64,000 bases of DNA, from sequence record DRR723986_6241. One strand, 5' to 3'. The notes below the pieces were generated by a model, which had not been told where the DNA came from, did not search any database, and saw only the letters and a list, made by a program, of their open reading frames with translations. The position numbers and the translations under genes are program-made. Shown here piece after piece: positions 7,745-15,868 of the stretch. How positions within the stretch are numbered: the stretch's first letter is position 1; each line of letters starts with the position of its first letter.

Positions 7745-9517
7745 TCAGGCGGCGTTTGGCTCTGCGAAAGTCTCCGCATCTGGCTGAGAATTGTCTGGGC
7801 CATCCTCAAACAGACTTGCAATCCGGGCCCAGGCATCAGCAGGCGCAGACCCCGCCCCTTCCACAAGGCGGGCTGGCGGCACTTGCATCCACCCCGGTCG
7901 CCAGTCGGGATTGGGCTCACAAGCCTCGCCAATGATCCGGTGCCCGATGAGAGTCTTCTGCACTTTGGCCGTATCGGTGACGCAGGTTGCCGCCAAAGAG
8001 TCAGACCCAATGTCCGCCACCATCGCGTTGATCGCCCGCTTGTCGCGGCAGAGGTCGAAAAAGGCCGGTTCCGGCTTCCAGCGGGCTGACAGGTCCGTCT
8101 CGCAAACATGCAGAACGGCCTCAACCACCGCCCCGCCTGCTTCCAGTGTCTCTGCCATGGTAAAGGCCAGAACCTCACCCACTTCCGCGTCCGACATGGC
8201 GAGCAAGGCGGCGAAGATTTCGCAAAGGCGATAGGCGTCGCCATTGCGCCGCGCCTCCCCGGACACGTTCATCGCTCCAAACAGGCTTTTCACACGCTCG
8301 CGTTTCGCTGCCATGTCGGCTACAGCTGTCGACGCCTCAAGGCTCGCCCGCGTGGCGTCCTTTCGGCTGCTGCATTCATGCGCCCGGATCGTCCAGAGCG
8401 CGCTGCCGGTCATGGCATGGGCCACCATCAGGCGCAGCGCGATAGCGGGCTGGGCGACGAGGCTCGCCTGCGCCGCCCCATGGCGGTGCAGCAGGATATA
8501 TTCAGCAAGCGGGCCGGACATTTCAGGTTTGACGGGCGCGGACGATGCGTCGTCTGCGCCGCGCTTGTCCTTCTCCCGACGCCGCGCCTCAGCCTGTGAA
8601 ATATAGCCTTCATGGAAGGTCACGCTGCCGTCATGGCGAAGCTCGACAAACACCTTGCCGCCCTGCGTCTTCGTCTTGCTTAGATGGTCCCAGCGCTGGA
8701 AATACTGCCCTCGCTCAAGGCAGACCACGTCCATCCAGCCCTCGGCGAGATAAGCTTCAATACGCTGCGCGACGACAGCCGACTGCGAAGTCCAGAAGGC
8801 GTCCGCGTCGGCAAACACGCCATGCTCACCAAACAGGTCGGCGGTTATCAGGCCGTCATAGCCTGCCAAGTCAAACAGAGCCTTTTCGGTGGTGATAATC
8901 GCCCCGCCCGTGATCCACGCCTTGCAGTTCCGGCCCATCGGCGCGCGCTCGTACTCGCTATCGAACAGGCGAAGCCATTCTGCCTGTTGGTCTTGCGTCG
9001 CGAGCGTCAACGCCCGGATCGTCTCGCGGTCGATCTCGTCTTCGGCATAGAGTTTGCGGATGGGCTCGGCGAGCGAAGCCAGCGCCAGCACACGTCGTAC
9101 CAGAAGCAGAGTGACGCCGAAGAAGGCGGCGATATCCTCGACCTCGCGGCCTTCATCATGCAGGCGCTTGAAGGCTGTGTATTGCTCCATTTCTGAAGCA
9201 GGCAAGCGTCCAACATTCTCGATGACGGATGCCGCAATCGCACTGGCGGCATCTTCCTCGCGCATGATTGCGCACGGCACCATGGGCGGTTTGCCGGCCT
9301 CCTTCTCGATCTCCTTCAGGGCAAAGAACCGCCGCCGTCCGGCAACGACGCCATAGTGATCGCCTTCACGGCGCACCAGCAGAGTCTGGCGAATGCCGCT
9401 CTCACGAATGGACGGCAGAATATCGGACACGTTCGGCTTCTTGCGTCCTTGTCGCATGTTGAGTTTGGAAATCCGAAGCTCGGACAGTGGCAAGGATTTG
9501 AGGATAGGCTGGGCCAT
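7745..9517 (-). CDS. parB: ParB/RepB/Spo0J-like protein (ICE leading-region type)
   Basis: ParB N-domain VVAGRRRF, ENVGR, and HTH. Start MAQPIL after GGAGG. Confidence 0.88.
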   Translation of the reverse strand: MAQPILKSLPLSELRISKLNMRQGRKKPNVSDILPSIRESGIRQTLLVRREGDHYGVVAGRRRFFALKEIEKEAGKPPMVPCAIMREEDAASAIAASVIENVGRLPASEMEQYTAFKRLHDEGREVEDIAAFFGVTLLLVRRVLALASLAEPIRKLYAEDEIDRETIRALTLATQDQQAEWLRLFDSEYERAPMGRNCKAWITGGAIITTEKALFDLAGYDGLITADLFGEHGVFADADAFWTSQSAVVAQRIEAYLAEGWMDVVCLERGQYFQRWDHLSKTKTQGGKVFVELRHDGSVTFHEGYISQAEARRREKDKRGADDASSAPVKPEMSGPLAEYILLHRHGAAQASLVAQPAIALRLMVAHAMTGSALWTIRAHECSSRKDATRASLEASTAVADMAAKRERVKSLFGAMNVSGEARRNGDAYRLCEIFAALLAMSDAEVGEVLAFTMAETLEAGGAVVEAVLHVCETDLSARWKPEPAFFDLCRDKRAINAMVADIGSDSLAATCVTDTAKVQKTLIGHRIIGEACEPNPDWRPGWMQVPPARLVEGAGSAPADAWARIASLFEDGPDNSQPDAETFAEPNAA

Positions 9518-9564
9518 TGCATGGGCCTCCTTTGATGAATTGATTGAAGAGGTCAGGCGCGCAC

Positions 9565-10083
9565 TCATGTGCGCGCCTCAAGATTCGAGAGGGTCGCACA
9601 AAGACGCTGTGCGGCCCGGCGACCGATCGCGAGAGCGTCGGGAAGAAGGTCATCTGCGACGTCCGTCAGATATCCATTATCCGAACCCGGATAATTGGCC
9701 TCGACGCCCCACAGGCTGATGGCGTGTTCGTCCAGTATGACACCGTCCAGCGATACCGAGAGGACTATGCCGCAATAGAACCAGTCGCCGCGCCGCCATG
9801 CCTCCATAATCGCCTCGGCTTCGGCCTGCGCCTTGGCAAAGCGTTCCCGGAAATTGTTTCCGGGGCCGATGAACCCCGGCTCATCCTTGTAGAGGGATGG
9901 CCAGAATCCGTCCTGGCGTCCCTCGGGAAAACGCTCCACTGGAGCGTTTTCTGATCCTCGGAACTCCGGCGCATCCGGGCTATCGTCGCGCACAATGCGC
10001 GCGACGATCCGGAACCCGTCCTGTTCGCAAGCGATGCAATCGCCCTCGCATACGAACGTGTCAAAGCGTTCCGTGAAAGCCAT
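9565..10083 (-). CDS. Conserved ICE hypothetical protein, carrying an in-frame palindromic insert
   Basis: Intact ORF coupled to ardA. Contains the palindrome at 9927-9951. Confidence 0.7.
   Translation of the reverse strand: MAFTERFDTFVCEGDCIACEQDGFRIVARIVRDDSPDAPEFRGSENAPVERFPEGRQDGFWPSLYKDEPGFIGPGNNFRERFAKAQAEAEAIMEAWRRGDWFYCGIVLSVSLDGVILDEHAISLWGVEANYPGSDNGYLTDVADDLLPDALAIGRRAAQRLCATLSNLEART
9927..9951. repeat. Short palindromic element copy 1
   Basis: GAAAACGCTCC-act-GGAGCGTTTTC, perfect 11-bp arms. Confidence 0.8.
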
Positions 10084-10085
10084 CT

Positions 10086-10652
10086 CTAACGGCTCCAGAA
10101 CACGTGGACTTCATCAAAGCCCGTCTGGAACACCATGATCTCACCATTGAGGGCCATGTCGCGGGCGAGCGCCTGCCAGTCGATATAGTATTTGAGGCTT
10201 TCCGGTATCGCTGTGCCGGTCTCATCGTGCAGCTCTTCGGCAAAGTCCGCCGCGCTGCGGAATTCTCCGGCGTAATCCTCGAACGCGGCGCGCGCCTGCT
10301 CAAGATCGTTGCCGAACTGGCTGTAGAGCTTCGCGCCAAGCGCGCTATGTTCCTCAATGAAGTCTGCAAGCTCGCACACGGTGTCGAAGCTGGCCCATTC
10401 GGAAATCCGGCAACCTTCGAACCCTTCGTAATCGTGAATCGCCCATTCGTCCGCCTCCGGTTCCGGCGAAGCGGCGAGCATCTCGCGCACTCGTTGCCAG
10501 ACTTCGTGCGGATCGGTGGCATCAATCCAGCGCCCATGCAGGCGGCCATTATTGTAGGCGGCAAGGCAAGCCACGTAGATACGGGGACGGTCTGGAACCG
10601 TGAGAGCGGTAGCTGTTCCAAGGGGCGTAGCGGTTGTAATTTGGTCAGTCAT
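10086..10652 (-). CDS. ardA: Antirestriction protein ArdA
   Basis: RIYVACLAAYNNGRLHGRWID, EWAIHDYEGF and YIDWQALARD motifs. Very acidic. Confidence 0.92.
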   Translation of the reverse strand: MTDQITTATPLGTATALTVPDRPRIYVACLAAYNNGRLHGRWIDATDPHEVWQRVREMLAASPEPEADEWAIHDYEGFEGCRISEWASFDTVCELADFIEEHSALGAKLYSQFGNDLEQARAAFEDYAGEFRSAADFAEELHDETGTAIPESLKYYIDWQALARDMALNGEIMVFQTGFDEVHVFWSR

Positions 10653-10702
10653 GTCAGTCTCCTTTGCGCCGCCCGGCGTTCTTTCCCGCATCAGGCGGGG
10701 GT

Positions 10703-10845
10703 GGGCGGCAAAAGGTGCTCAGCCGGAGCGCATAAGGGCGCCGCGCAAGGGGTGGCCGTAGGTAGGAAACCTAAAGACGATCAATCACGACAAAGTCCCG
10801 CCCCCTTGTGCGGGGACCGCGCTCTGGCAGACGCACCGTCCGCCC
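10703..10845. repeat. Long imperfect hairpin upstream of ardA
   Basis: Nested arms GGGCGG/CCGCCC, GGTGC/GCACC, CAGCCGGAGCGC/GCGCTCTGGCAG and CCGCGCAAGGGG/CCCCTTGTGCGG. Confidence 0.7.
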
Positions 10846-11010
10846 GGACCCGGCTGTTGGGGAGAGATATTGAGGCGCAGGGAGACTGCTGATGGGATCG
10901 AAGGCTTTGCAGGCCATGGCGGTGCGTCCAGACAGTCAGAGCAGACCCCTGGCCTGTTATCTGGGCTGGTTATTTGCGTCGCTCGTCGTGCCTTGTTCGG
11001 AGATCTCTGA

Positions 11011-11042
11011 ACTCAGATACTCAGATACTCAGATACTCAGAT
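11011..11042 (+). repeat. Tandem repeat (ACTCAGAT)x4
   Basis: Four perfect 8-mers read directly. Confidence 0.9.
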
Positions 11043-11303
11043 CCAGCGGTCGTGACCCCTCTGCCTCCGGCAGTGGGAAGCGCGAGCGCGCGACCCGCCG
11101 GCGAGCCCCAGCCTCATGCCCAAAGCCGTACTTGCTGATCCCTCAGTGAGACGAGCCGGGCCGGCCAGAAGAACGGCTCTTCCCCAGCTCAAGACGTCCA
11201 TTCCGGTCGGACAGCCCCGCCTCCGGCGGGCGGGTCGCAAAGAAACCGGCAAACCCCCTATGCTCTTTGGAGAGAGCCACCTCCCGACTGATCCCGGATG
11301 TCT

Positions 11304-12557
11304 TCAGACGCGTCCAAGCAAGCTCTCCGCCCGCCCTGACACCAATCCTTGAACTCCCGCCATCGCCTCCCGCTCGCCCGTCTCCAGTTCAAACCCTGCC
11401 GCCACCTTACCTGCCTTTTCGAGCACCAGCCCGCACAATGCCTTCACCCGGCGCCGGATGAATGGCTCGGTCAGCCCTGTCTCTTCGGCAAACCTGGCCC
11501 AGTCCCGCACCTGGATGTCTTCCAATGCAGCCCGCTTCGCAATCTTCATCGCGAGCCGTGGACTGAGCTCGGGATAAGCGACGGTCGAAAGGAGATCATA
11601 GAGCGGTGCGAGCTCTGTGCTGCCATTGTAGAGAAGGCTGTAGTTCTTCCCGTGCGCGTCGGCATTGCCGATGATCAGATTGAAGATTGCCGCATCGAAG
11701 AGTTTGAGCACTTCGATGGCGGGCCGGGTCGTCACGCGCCGCAGGAGCGTGAACAGATCGCGGAACACCGGGCCTCCATCCGAGGCGTATTTGCGTGCTG
11801 ATGTGAACCCGAGCGCCTGACAGAAATCCTCCTGATGCAGGCGCGCAACCACGCCGTCCTCACCTGTCACGCGGTCATAGCGCCGGACGAGCAGGAAGGG
11901 CGCGCCTCCGGCCCTGTGGATCTCGACCTCGGCCACCTGGAGCCCGATCAGGTGCGCAAGCCGCATCCCATAGGCCTCATTTTCCGTCGTGCCCTCGAAC
12001 CGGGTGATGGGAGGTTTCAGAATGTGCGTTGTCGGCTGGCCCGGCGCTGGGAGCGCGATTCCATCCGGCGTCAGGATGACAGGGAGTTTCGCCTGGGCGC
12101 CGGCCAGCGAGAGTCGCAGCCCCTCTTCGCCGGCCAGCATGGGGCGCTTCGGCAGGGAGTCGATCAGGACGCGCAGCTCTTTGTCAGACAGAAGCTTTGG
12201 CTTGAACGGCCCCTCTATAGCAGGCGGCTCTTCGCCTTCCGGCCAGAGCGCCAGAGCCCCCGCGACTTCCCCGCCCAGCATTTCAAGCAGGCGGAATTCA
12301 TTCCGCTCAGAGACGCCGAGCGCGGCAGCCACGTTTTCTCGCTGGCTCTCCTCAGGCAGGATACCCTCGAAGAAGGGCAGGCATTCGCGCCGGGAATACG
12401 GCTCCTCCCGCAAAGGCAGGGACACGGAAATGGCCCGAGCATCGCTCCGGGCAAGCCAGGCGGGCAGATAGGCAAATCCCAATTCGCCATGCACATCGAC
12501 CGACAGGGTCCCGACCGCATCCCTCCCCCACCAGAGCGTCAGTGCGCGCGTGGTCAT
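11304..12557 (-). CDS. hipA: HipA-family kinase toxin
   Basis: LSLAGAQAK, HQEDFCQ, GNADAHGKNYS and LAPLYD motifs. ATGA overlap with hipB. Confidence 0.93.
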   Translation of the reverse strand: MTTRALTLWWGRDAVGTLSVDVHGELGFAYLPAWLARSDARAISVSLPLREEPYSRRECLPFFEGILPEESQRENVAAALGVSERNEFRLLEMLGGEVAGALALWPEGEEPPAIEGPFKPKLLSDKELRVLIDSLPKRPMLAGEEGLRLSLAGAQAKLPVILTPDGIALPAPGQPTTHILKPPITRFEGTTENEAYGMRLAHLIGLQVAEVEIHRAGGAPFLLVRRYDRVTGEDGVVARLHQEDFCQALGFTSARKYASDGGPVFRDLFTLLRRVTTRPAIEVLKLFDAAIFNLIIGNADAHGKNYSLLYNGSTELAPLYDLLSTVAYPELSPRLAMKIAKRAALEDIQVRDWARFAEETGLTEPFIRRRVKALCGLVLEKAGKVAAGFELETGEREAMAGVQGLVSGRAESLLGRV

Positions 12558-12772
12558 CGGCGATCCTCCGGTGTTGTGATGGTCAGCGCGCAACCGAGGG
12601 CCGACAGGACATCGAGCATTTTACCGATTTGCGCGGTCGGCTTGCCGCGTTCGAGCTCGACAAGAAAGCGCAGGCCAACGCCCGAGGCTGCGGCGAGCTC
12701 AGGCTGACGCAGACCTTGGGCCTTGCGTGTCTTTCGAATGAGGTGGCCAATTTCTTCTGGTGTCATGTGCAT
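12554..12772 (-). CDS. hipB: HipB-like HTH antitoxin
   Basis: RKAQGLRQPELAAASGVGLRFLVELERGK. Directly upstream of hipA. Confidence 0.88.
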   Translation of the reverse strand: MHMTPEEIGHLIRKTRKAQGLRQPELAAASGVGLRFLVELERGKPTAQIGKMLDVLSALGCALTITTPEDRR

Positions 12773-12773
12773 A

Positions 12774-12939
12774 ATTTCCCGTACGGGAAATATATGTCTG
12801 TTTCAGGCGAAATACAAGAGAAATATCCCGATCAGGAAATTTATTGCCCGTCGACCGCCAAATCCATCAAACTTTCCCGTACGGGATATAAAACACGGAA
12901 CGCCCGGTCAGATGTTATAAAATACCCCGAACGGGATAT
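12774..12939. promoter_or_regulatory. Four 18-bp palindromic operators upstream of hipBA
   Basis: ATTTCCCGTACGGGAAAT (12774), ATATCCCGATCAGGAAAT (12823), CTTTCCCGTACGGGATAT (12872), ATACCCCGAACGGGATAT (12922). Confidence 0.8.
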
Positions 12940-13062
12940 TTGGTTTAAAATCTGCCTCAAACACTCACCCATAGTGAGTGTTTCTGGACACTTTCAAACC
13001 TGTTCTTCGTGAGAGCACCCGAGGACAGCACAATTGAACCGGGCCGCGCTGCGGACGCCCCC

Positions 13063-13911
13063 TCAAGCCGCCTCCTGATACGGCCCCAATTGTCCGCCCA
13101 GCAGTTCGATCAGATAGCCGCCATCGCGCAGGCCTTCAGCCTTGTTCACGAGGTACTTGATCGCATCCTTCATGATGCCCCGGTCATCGGCCCAATCTGC
13201 ATCGACAGCGTCCTGACCGTAGAGCACACCGGCGATCTCACGCCGGCTCATGCCGAGCTCAAGGCAATCGAGCACGATCAACCCATCCCGCAGGATCTGG
13301 GTCCGCTTACTCCAGAGCGGGGTCTGCCTGTCGAAGTCATCGCCATAGATTTCAAAAGCCTCGCGCTGGACTTTCAGTTTCTTCTCATAGGCATCCATGT
13401 CGGAAATCGTGAGCTTCATGCGTATCTTCTCCATGCCGAGAAGAGAGAGCCCCGTGCAGCGCACCTGCGCAACACAGCCATTTCCCCGCAAAAGGAAGAC
13501 CTCCCGGCCCTGCCGGTCGGTCAGATGCGTGATCCTGCAATGCGGGACCGTGCGATCCCAGATCCCGCAGACTTCACCTTCGGAACGCGGACTGCAATGG
13601 ACCTCGACCTGGTCGGGATGAACGGGGTGGCTCCAGAAGACATCGGCGTCAAATCCGTTCTTGTCCGGATCGGGCATGATCATCAGTCCCCAGCGTTCGG
13701 CAAGAGTCTGAGGGACACGCGCCCGCAGCAGCCGGATGGGGGCACAGGGCGCGGTCATTTCAGAAATGTCTTCGTCGCCCCGTGTCGCGGCATCGCGCCT
13801 GAACTCAGGATTTCTACGAAGATATTCCCAGGCCCACCGATCAGACGACAGGCGCCAGAGATAATCATAACGGGTCAGCACCCGATCGGATTTCAGCGTG
13901 TAAGTCTTCAT
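13063..13911 (-). CDS. FseA-like transcriptional activator (DUF6499 + DUF2285)
   Basis: AWEYLRRN motif in the N-terminus and C-terminal HTH (GMSRREIAGVLYG...GGY). Confidence 0.8.
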   Translation of the reverse strand: MKTYTLKSDRVLTRYDYLWRLSSDRWAWEYLRRNPEFRRDAATRGDEDISEMTAPCAPIRLLRARVPQTLAERWGLMIMPDPDKNGFDADVFWSHPVHPDQVEVHCSPRSEGEVCGIWDRTVPHCRITHLTDRQGREVFLLRGNGCVAQVRCTGLSLLGMEKIRMKLTISDMDAYEKKLKVQREAFEIYGDDFDRQTPLWSKRTQILRDGLIVLDCLELGMSRREIAGVLYGQDAVDADWADDRGIMKDAIKYLVNKAEGLRDGGYLIELLGGQLGPYQEAA

Positions 13912-14207
13912 TCCCACACTCCCTTCGAAAGGGAAAATTGCAACGTGAGTGCCAGCAGGCGCCACCAGAAGGTGCGAATGTCTTAAGAAACGAGGCCCTG
14001 TTGTTAAGATATCGGCAGATTGAGGCGGTTATCGGCTCCTCCTCGATTCACGCTTTTTTCCATTCAGGCGATCGCCCCCCGAACAGGCGCACTTGGCCCG
14101 GTCTGCGCGGCGCTGCTGCGCCCTGCCCGAATTGGCCCGGCGTCCAACTCCCCGAGCACACCGCCAGCGATGATGATGGCGATGACCAGACAGAAAGGCC
14201 CTGCCTC

Positions 14208-15203
14208 ATGGCAATCGCGGGACACGCTCAGGAAACAGACAGCCGCCGGACCGCCATGCTGCGCACGGCCTTCTGCCCGGTCGTACGCACTGCGCTCGAT
14301 GCCGCCGATACGATCGAAATCATGGCCAATCCTGACGGCTCGGTCTGGATCGAGTCCCAGGGCGAAGGCCTGTTCGATTCCGGCCATCGCCTTGCTGCCG
14401 AGGACCGTGAACGCGTCATCCGCCTCGTTGCCTCCGGGGTGGGAGAACCCGTCAACCGCGCCTCCCCGATCGTCTCTGCCGAACTGCCTGGCAGCGGCGA
14501 GCGATTTGAGGGGCTTCTCCCACCCATCTCTGCCGCGCCCTGCTTTTCGATCCGTAAGCCGGCCGAGGCCCGGCACACGCTCGATACCTATGTCGGGCGT
14601 GACGCGCTGTCGCCCGCACTTGCCCTTGCGCTCAGGGCCGCAGTTGAGGCCCGTGACAATATCCTGATCGCTGGCGGCACATCCTCCGGCAAAACCACAT
14701 TTGCCAATGCGCTCCTGGCCGAGCCCATTTTCCATGAGGACCGGATCATCATTCTGGAAGACACGCGCGAACTGCAATGCGCGGCGCCAAATTCGGTCCA
14801 GCTCCGCACCCACAAGGAGAGCGTTTCGCTGCAACAGCTCGTGCGCTCGACGCTCCGTCTTAGGCCGGACCGGATTGTGGTCGGCGAAGTCAGAGGTCCC
14901 GAAGCGCTGGACCTGCTCAAGGCCTGGAACACCGGCCATCCCGGCGGGATCACGACCCTGCATGCCAATTCCGCGCTCGGCGCCCTCTCCCGGCTTGAAC
15001 AATTGGCGCTCGAAGCGAGCGCCCGCGCGCCTTTCGATCTCATCGCCGAAGCCGTCGACATTGTCGTGTTCATGAGCCGCAAGAACGGCAAGCGCCGGAT
15101 CGAAGACGCCATCCGTGTACGCAGTTTTGATGGCGAATCCTACGTGACCGAACCCCTCATCTCGCGCGCGTTGTCGCTCGTCAAACAAGGAGAGACCCAA
15201 TGA
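14208..15203 (+). CDS. trbB: P-type conjugative transfer ATPase TrbB
   Basis: EIMANPDG, GGTSSGKTT, LRLRPDRIVVGEVRG and WNTGHPGG motifs. Start at 14208 after GAAAGG. Confidence 0.93.
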   Translation: MAIAGHAQETDSRRTAMLRTAFCPVVRTALDAADTIEIMANPDGSVWIESQGEGLFDSGHRLAAEDRERVIRLVASGVGEPVNRASPIVSAELPGSGERFEGLLPPISAAPCFSIRKPAEARHTLDTYVGRDALSPALALALRAAVEARDNILIAGGTSSGKTTFANALLAEPIFHEDRIIILEDTRELQCAAPNSVQLRTHKESVSLQQLVRSTLRLRPDRIVVGEVRGPEALDLLKAWNTGHPGGITTLHANSALGALSRLEQLALEASARAPFDLIAEAVDIVVFMSRKNGKRRIEDAIRVRSFDGESYVTEPLISRALSLVKQGETQ

Positions 15204-15535
15204 CTCCCAACACCGAGAACAGGCTTGCCAGAAAAGCCTCCAGGATCGCCGCCGGTCTCGCCGTCGGCGTGCTCGCCAGCCTTCCCGCCCATGCGGCCGG
15301 TTCCGGCATGCCCTGGGAGGGTCCGCTCGACCAGATCCTGCAATCGATCGAAGGGCCGGTCGCCCGGATCGTCTCGGTGATCATCATTACCCTGACGGGA
15401 CTTGCGCTCGCGTTTGGAGAGACTTCAGGCGGCATGCGCAAGCTGATCCAGATCGTGTTTGGCCTTTCGATCGCCTTTGCCGCGACGAGCTTCTTCCTCA
15501 CCTTCTTCTCATTCGGCGGCGGCGCGCTGATCTGA
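15200..15535 (+). CDS. trbC: TrbC/VirB2 pilin
   Basis: AHAAGSGMPWEGPL..IL.SIEGPVA motif. Confidence 0.92.
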   Translation: MTPNTENRLARKASRIAAGLAVGVLASLPAHAAGSGMPWEGPLDQILQSIEGPVARIVSVIIITLTGLALAFGETSGGMRKLIQIVFGLSIAFAATSFFLTFFSFGGGALI

Positions 15536-15563
15536 TGGTGACGACCGGTTTTCTGAAAGAAAA

Positions 15564-15588
15564 CGAAACGCTCCGGTGGAGCGTTTCG
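15564..15588. repeat. Short palindromic element copy 2
   Basis: CGAAACGCTCC-ggt-GGAGCGTTTCG, same core as 9927-9951. Confidence 0.8.
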
Positions 15589-15601
15589 AGGGATGAACGC
15601 A

Positions 15602-15868
15602 ATGAGCGTTAGCGAATGCCAAGGCTTTGAGATCCCGCTTCACCGCTCCCTGGCCGAGCCCATCCTGATGGCCGGTGCGCCGCGCGCCGCCGCCATCGCC
15701 ATCGGGACCCTCGCGGCGGTGCTCGGGCTTGGACTCAGGCTCTGGATCCCCGGCCTCCTCGTCTGGGTGATCGGACACTCAGCGGCCGTCTTCATGGCAC
15801 GGTCTGACCCGGATTTCATGACGGTCGCGAGCCGTTCGACCCGGCACAAGGAACACCTCTCATGCTGA
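15602..15868 (+). CDS. trbD: TrbD/VirB3
   Basis: GFEIPLHRSLAEPILMAGAPR. Start uncertain (15593 or 15602). Confidence 0.88.
   Translation: MSVSECQGFEIPLHRSLAEPILMAGAPRAAAIAIGTLAAVLGLGLRLWIPGLLVWVIGHSAAVFMARSDPDFMTVASRSTRHKEHLSC

Noticed and set aside
10892-11149. 85-aa ORF spanning the ACTCAGAT repeat (phase-variable gene?)
   Set aside because: No recognisable homology or protein-like composition, and it opposes the orientation of all neighbours.
12774-12939. Regularly spaced palindromic repeats resembling a mini-CRISPR array
   Set aside because: The repeats are only 18 bp and degenerate, there are no cas genes, and their position directly upstream of hipBA fits operators.
13931-13941. GGGAAAATTGC shared with the rdfS upstream region as an activator box
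   Set aside because: Short match with no second half-site, so it could be chance.
13009-13986. 325-aa plus-strand ORF
   Set aside because: Antisense to the FseA-like gene, as expected from high-GC codon bias.
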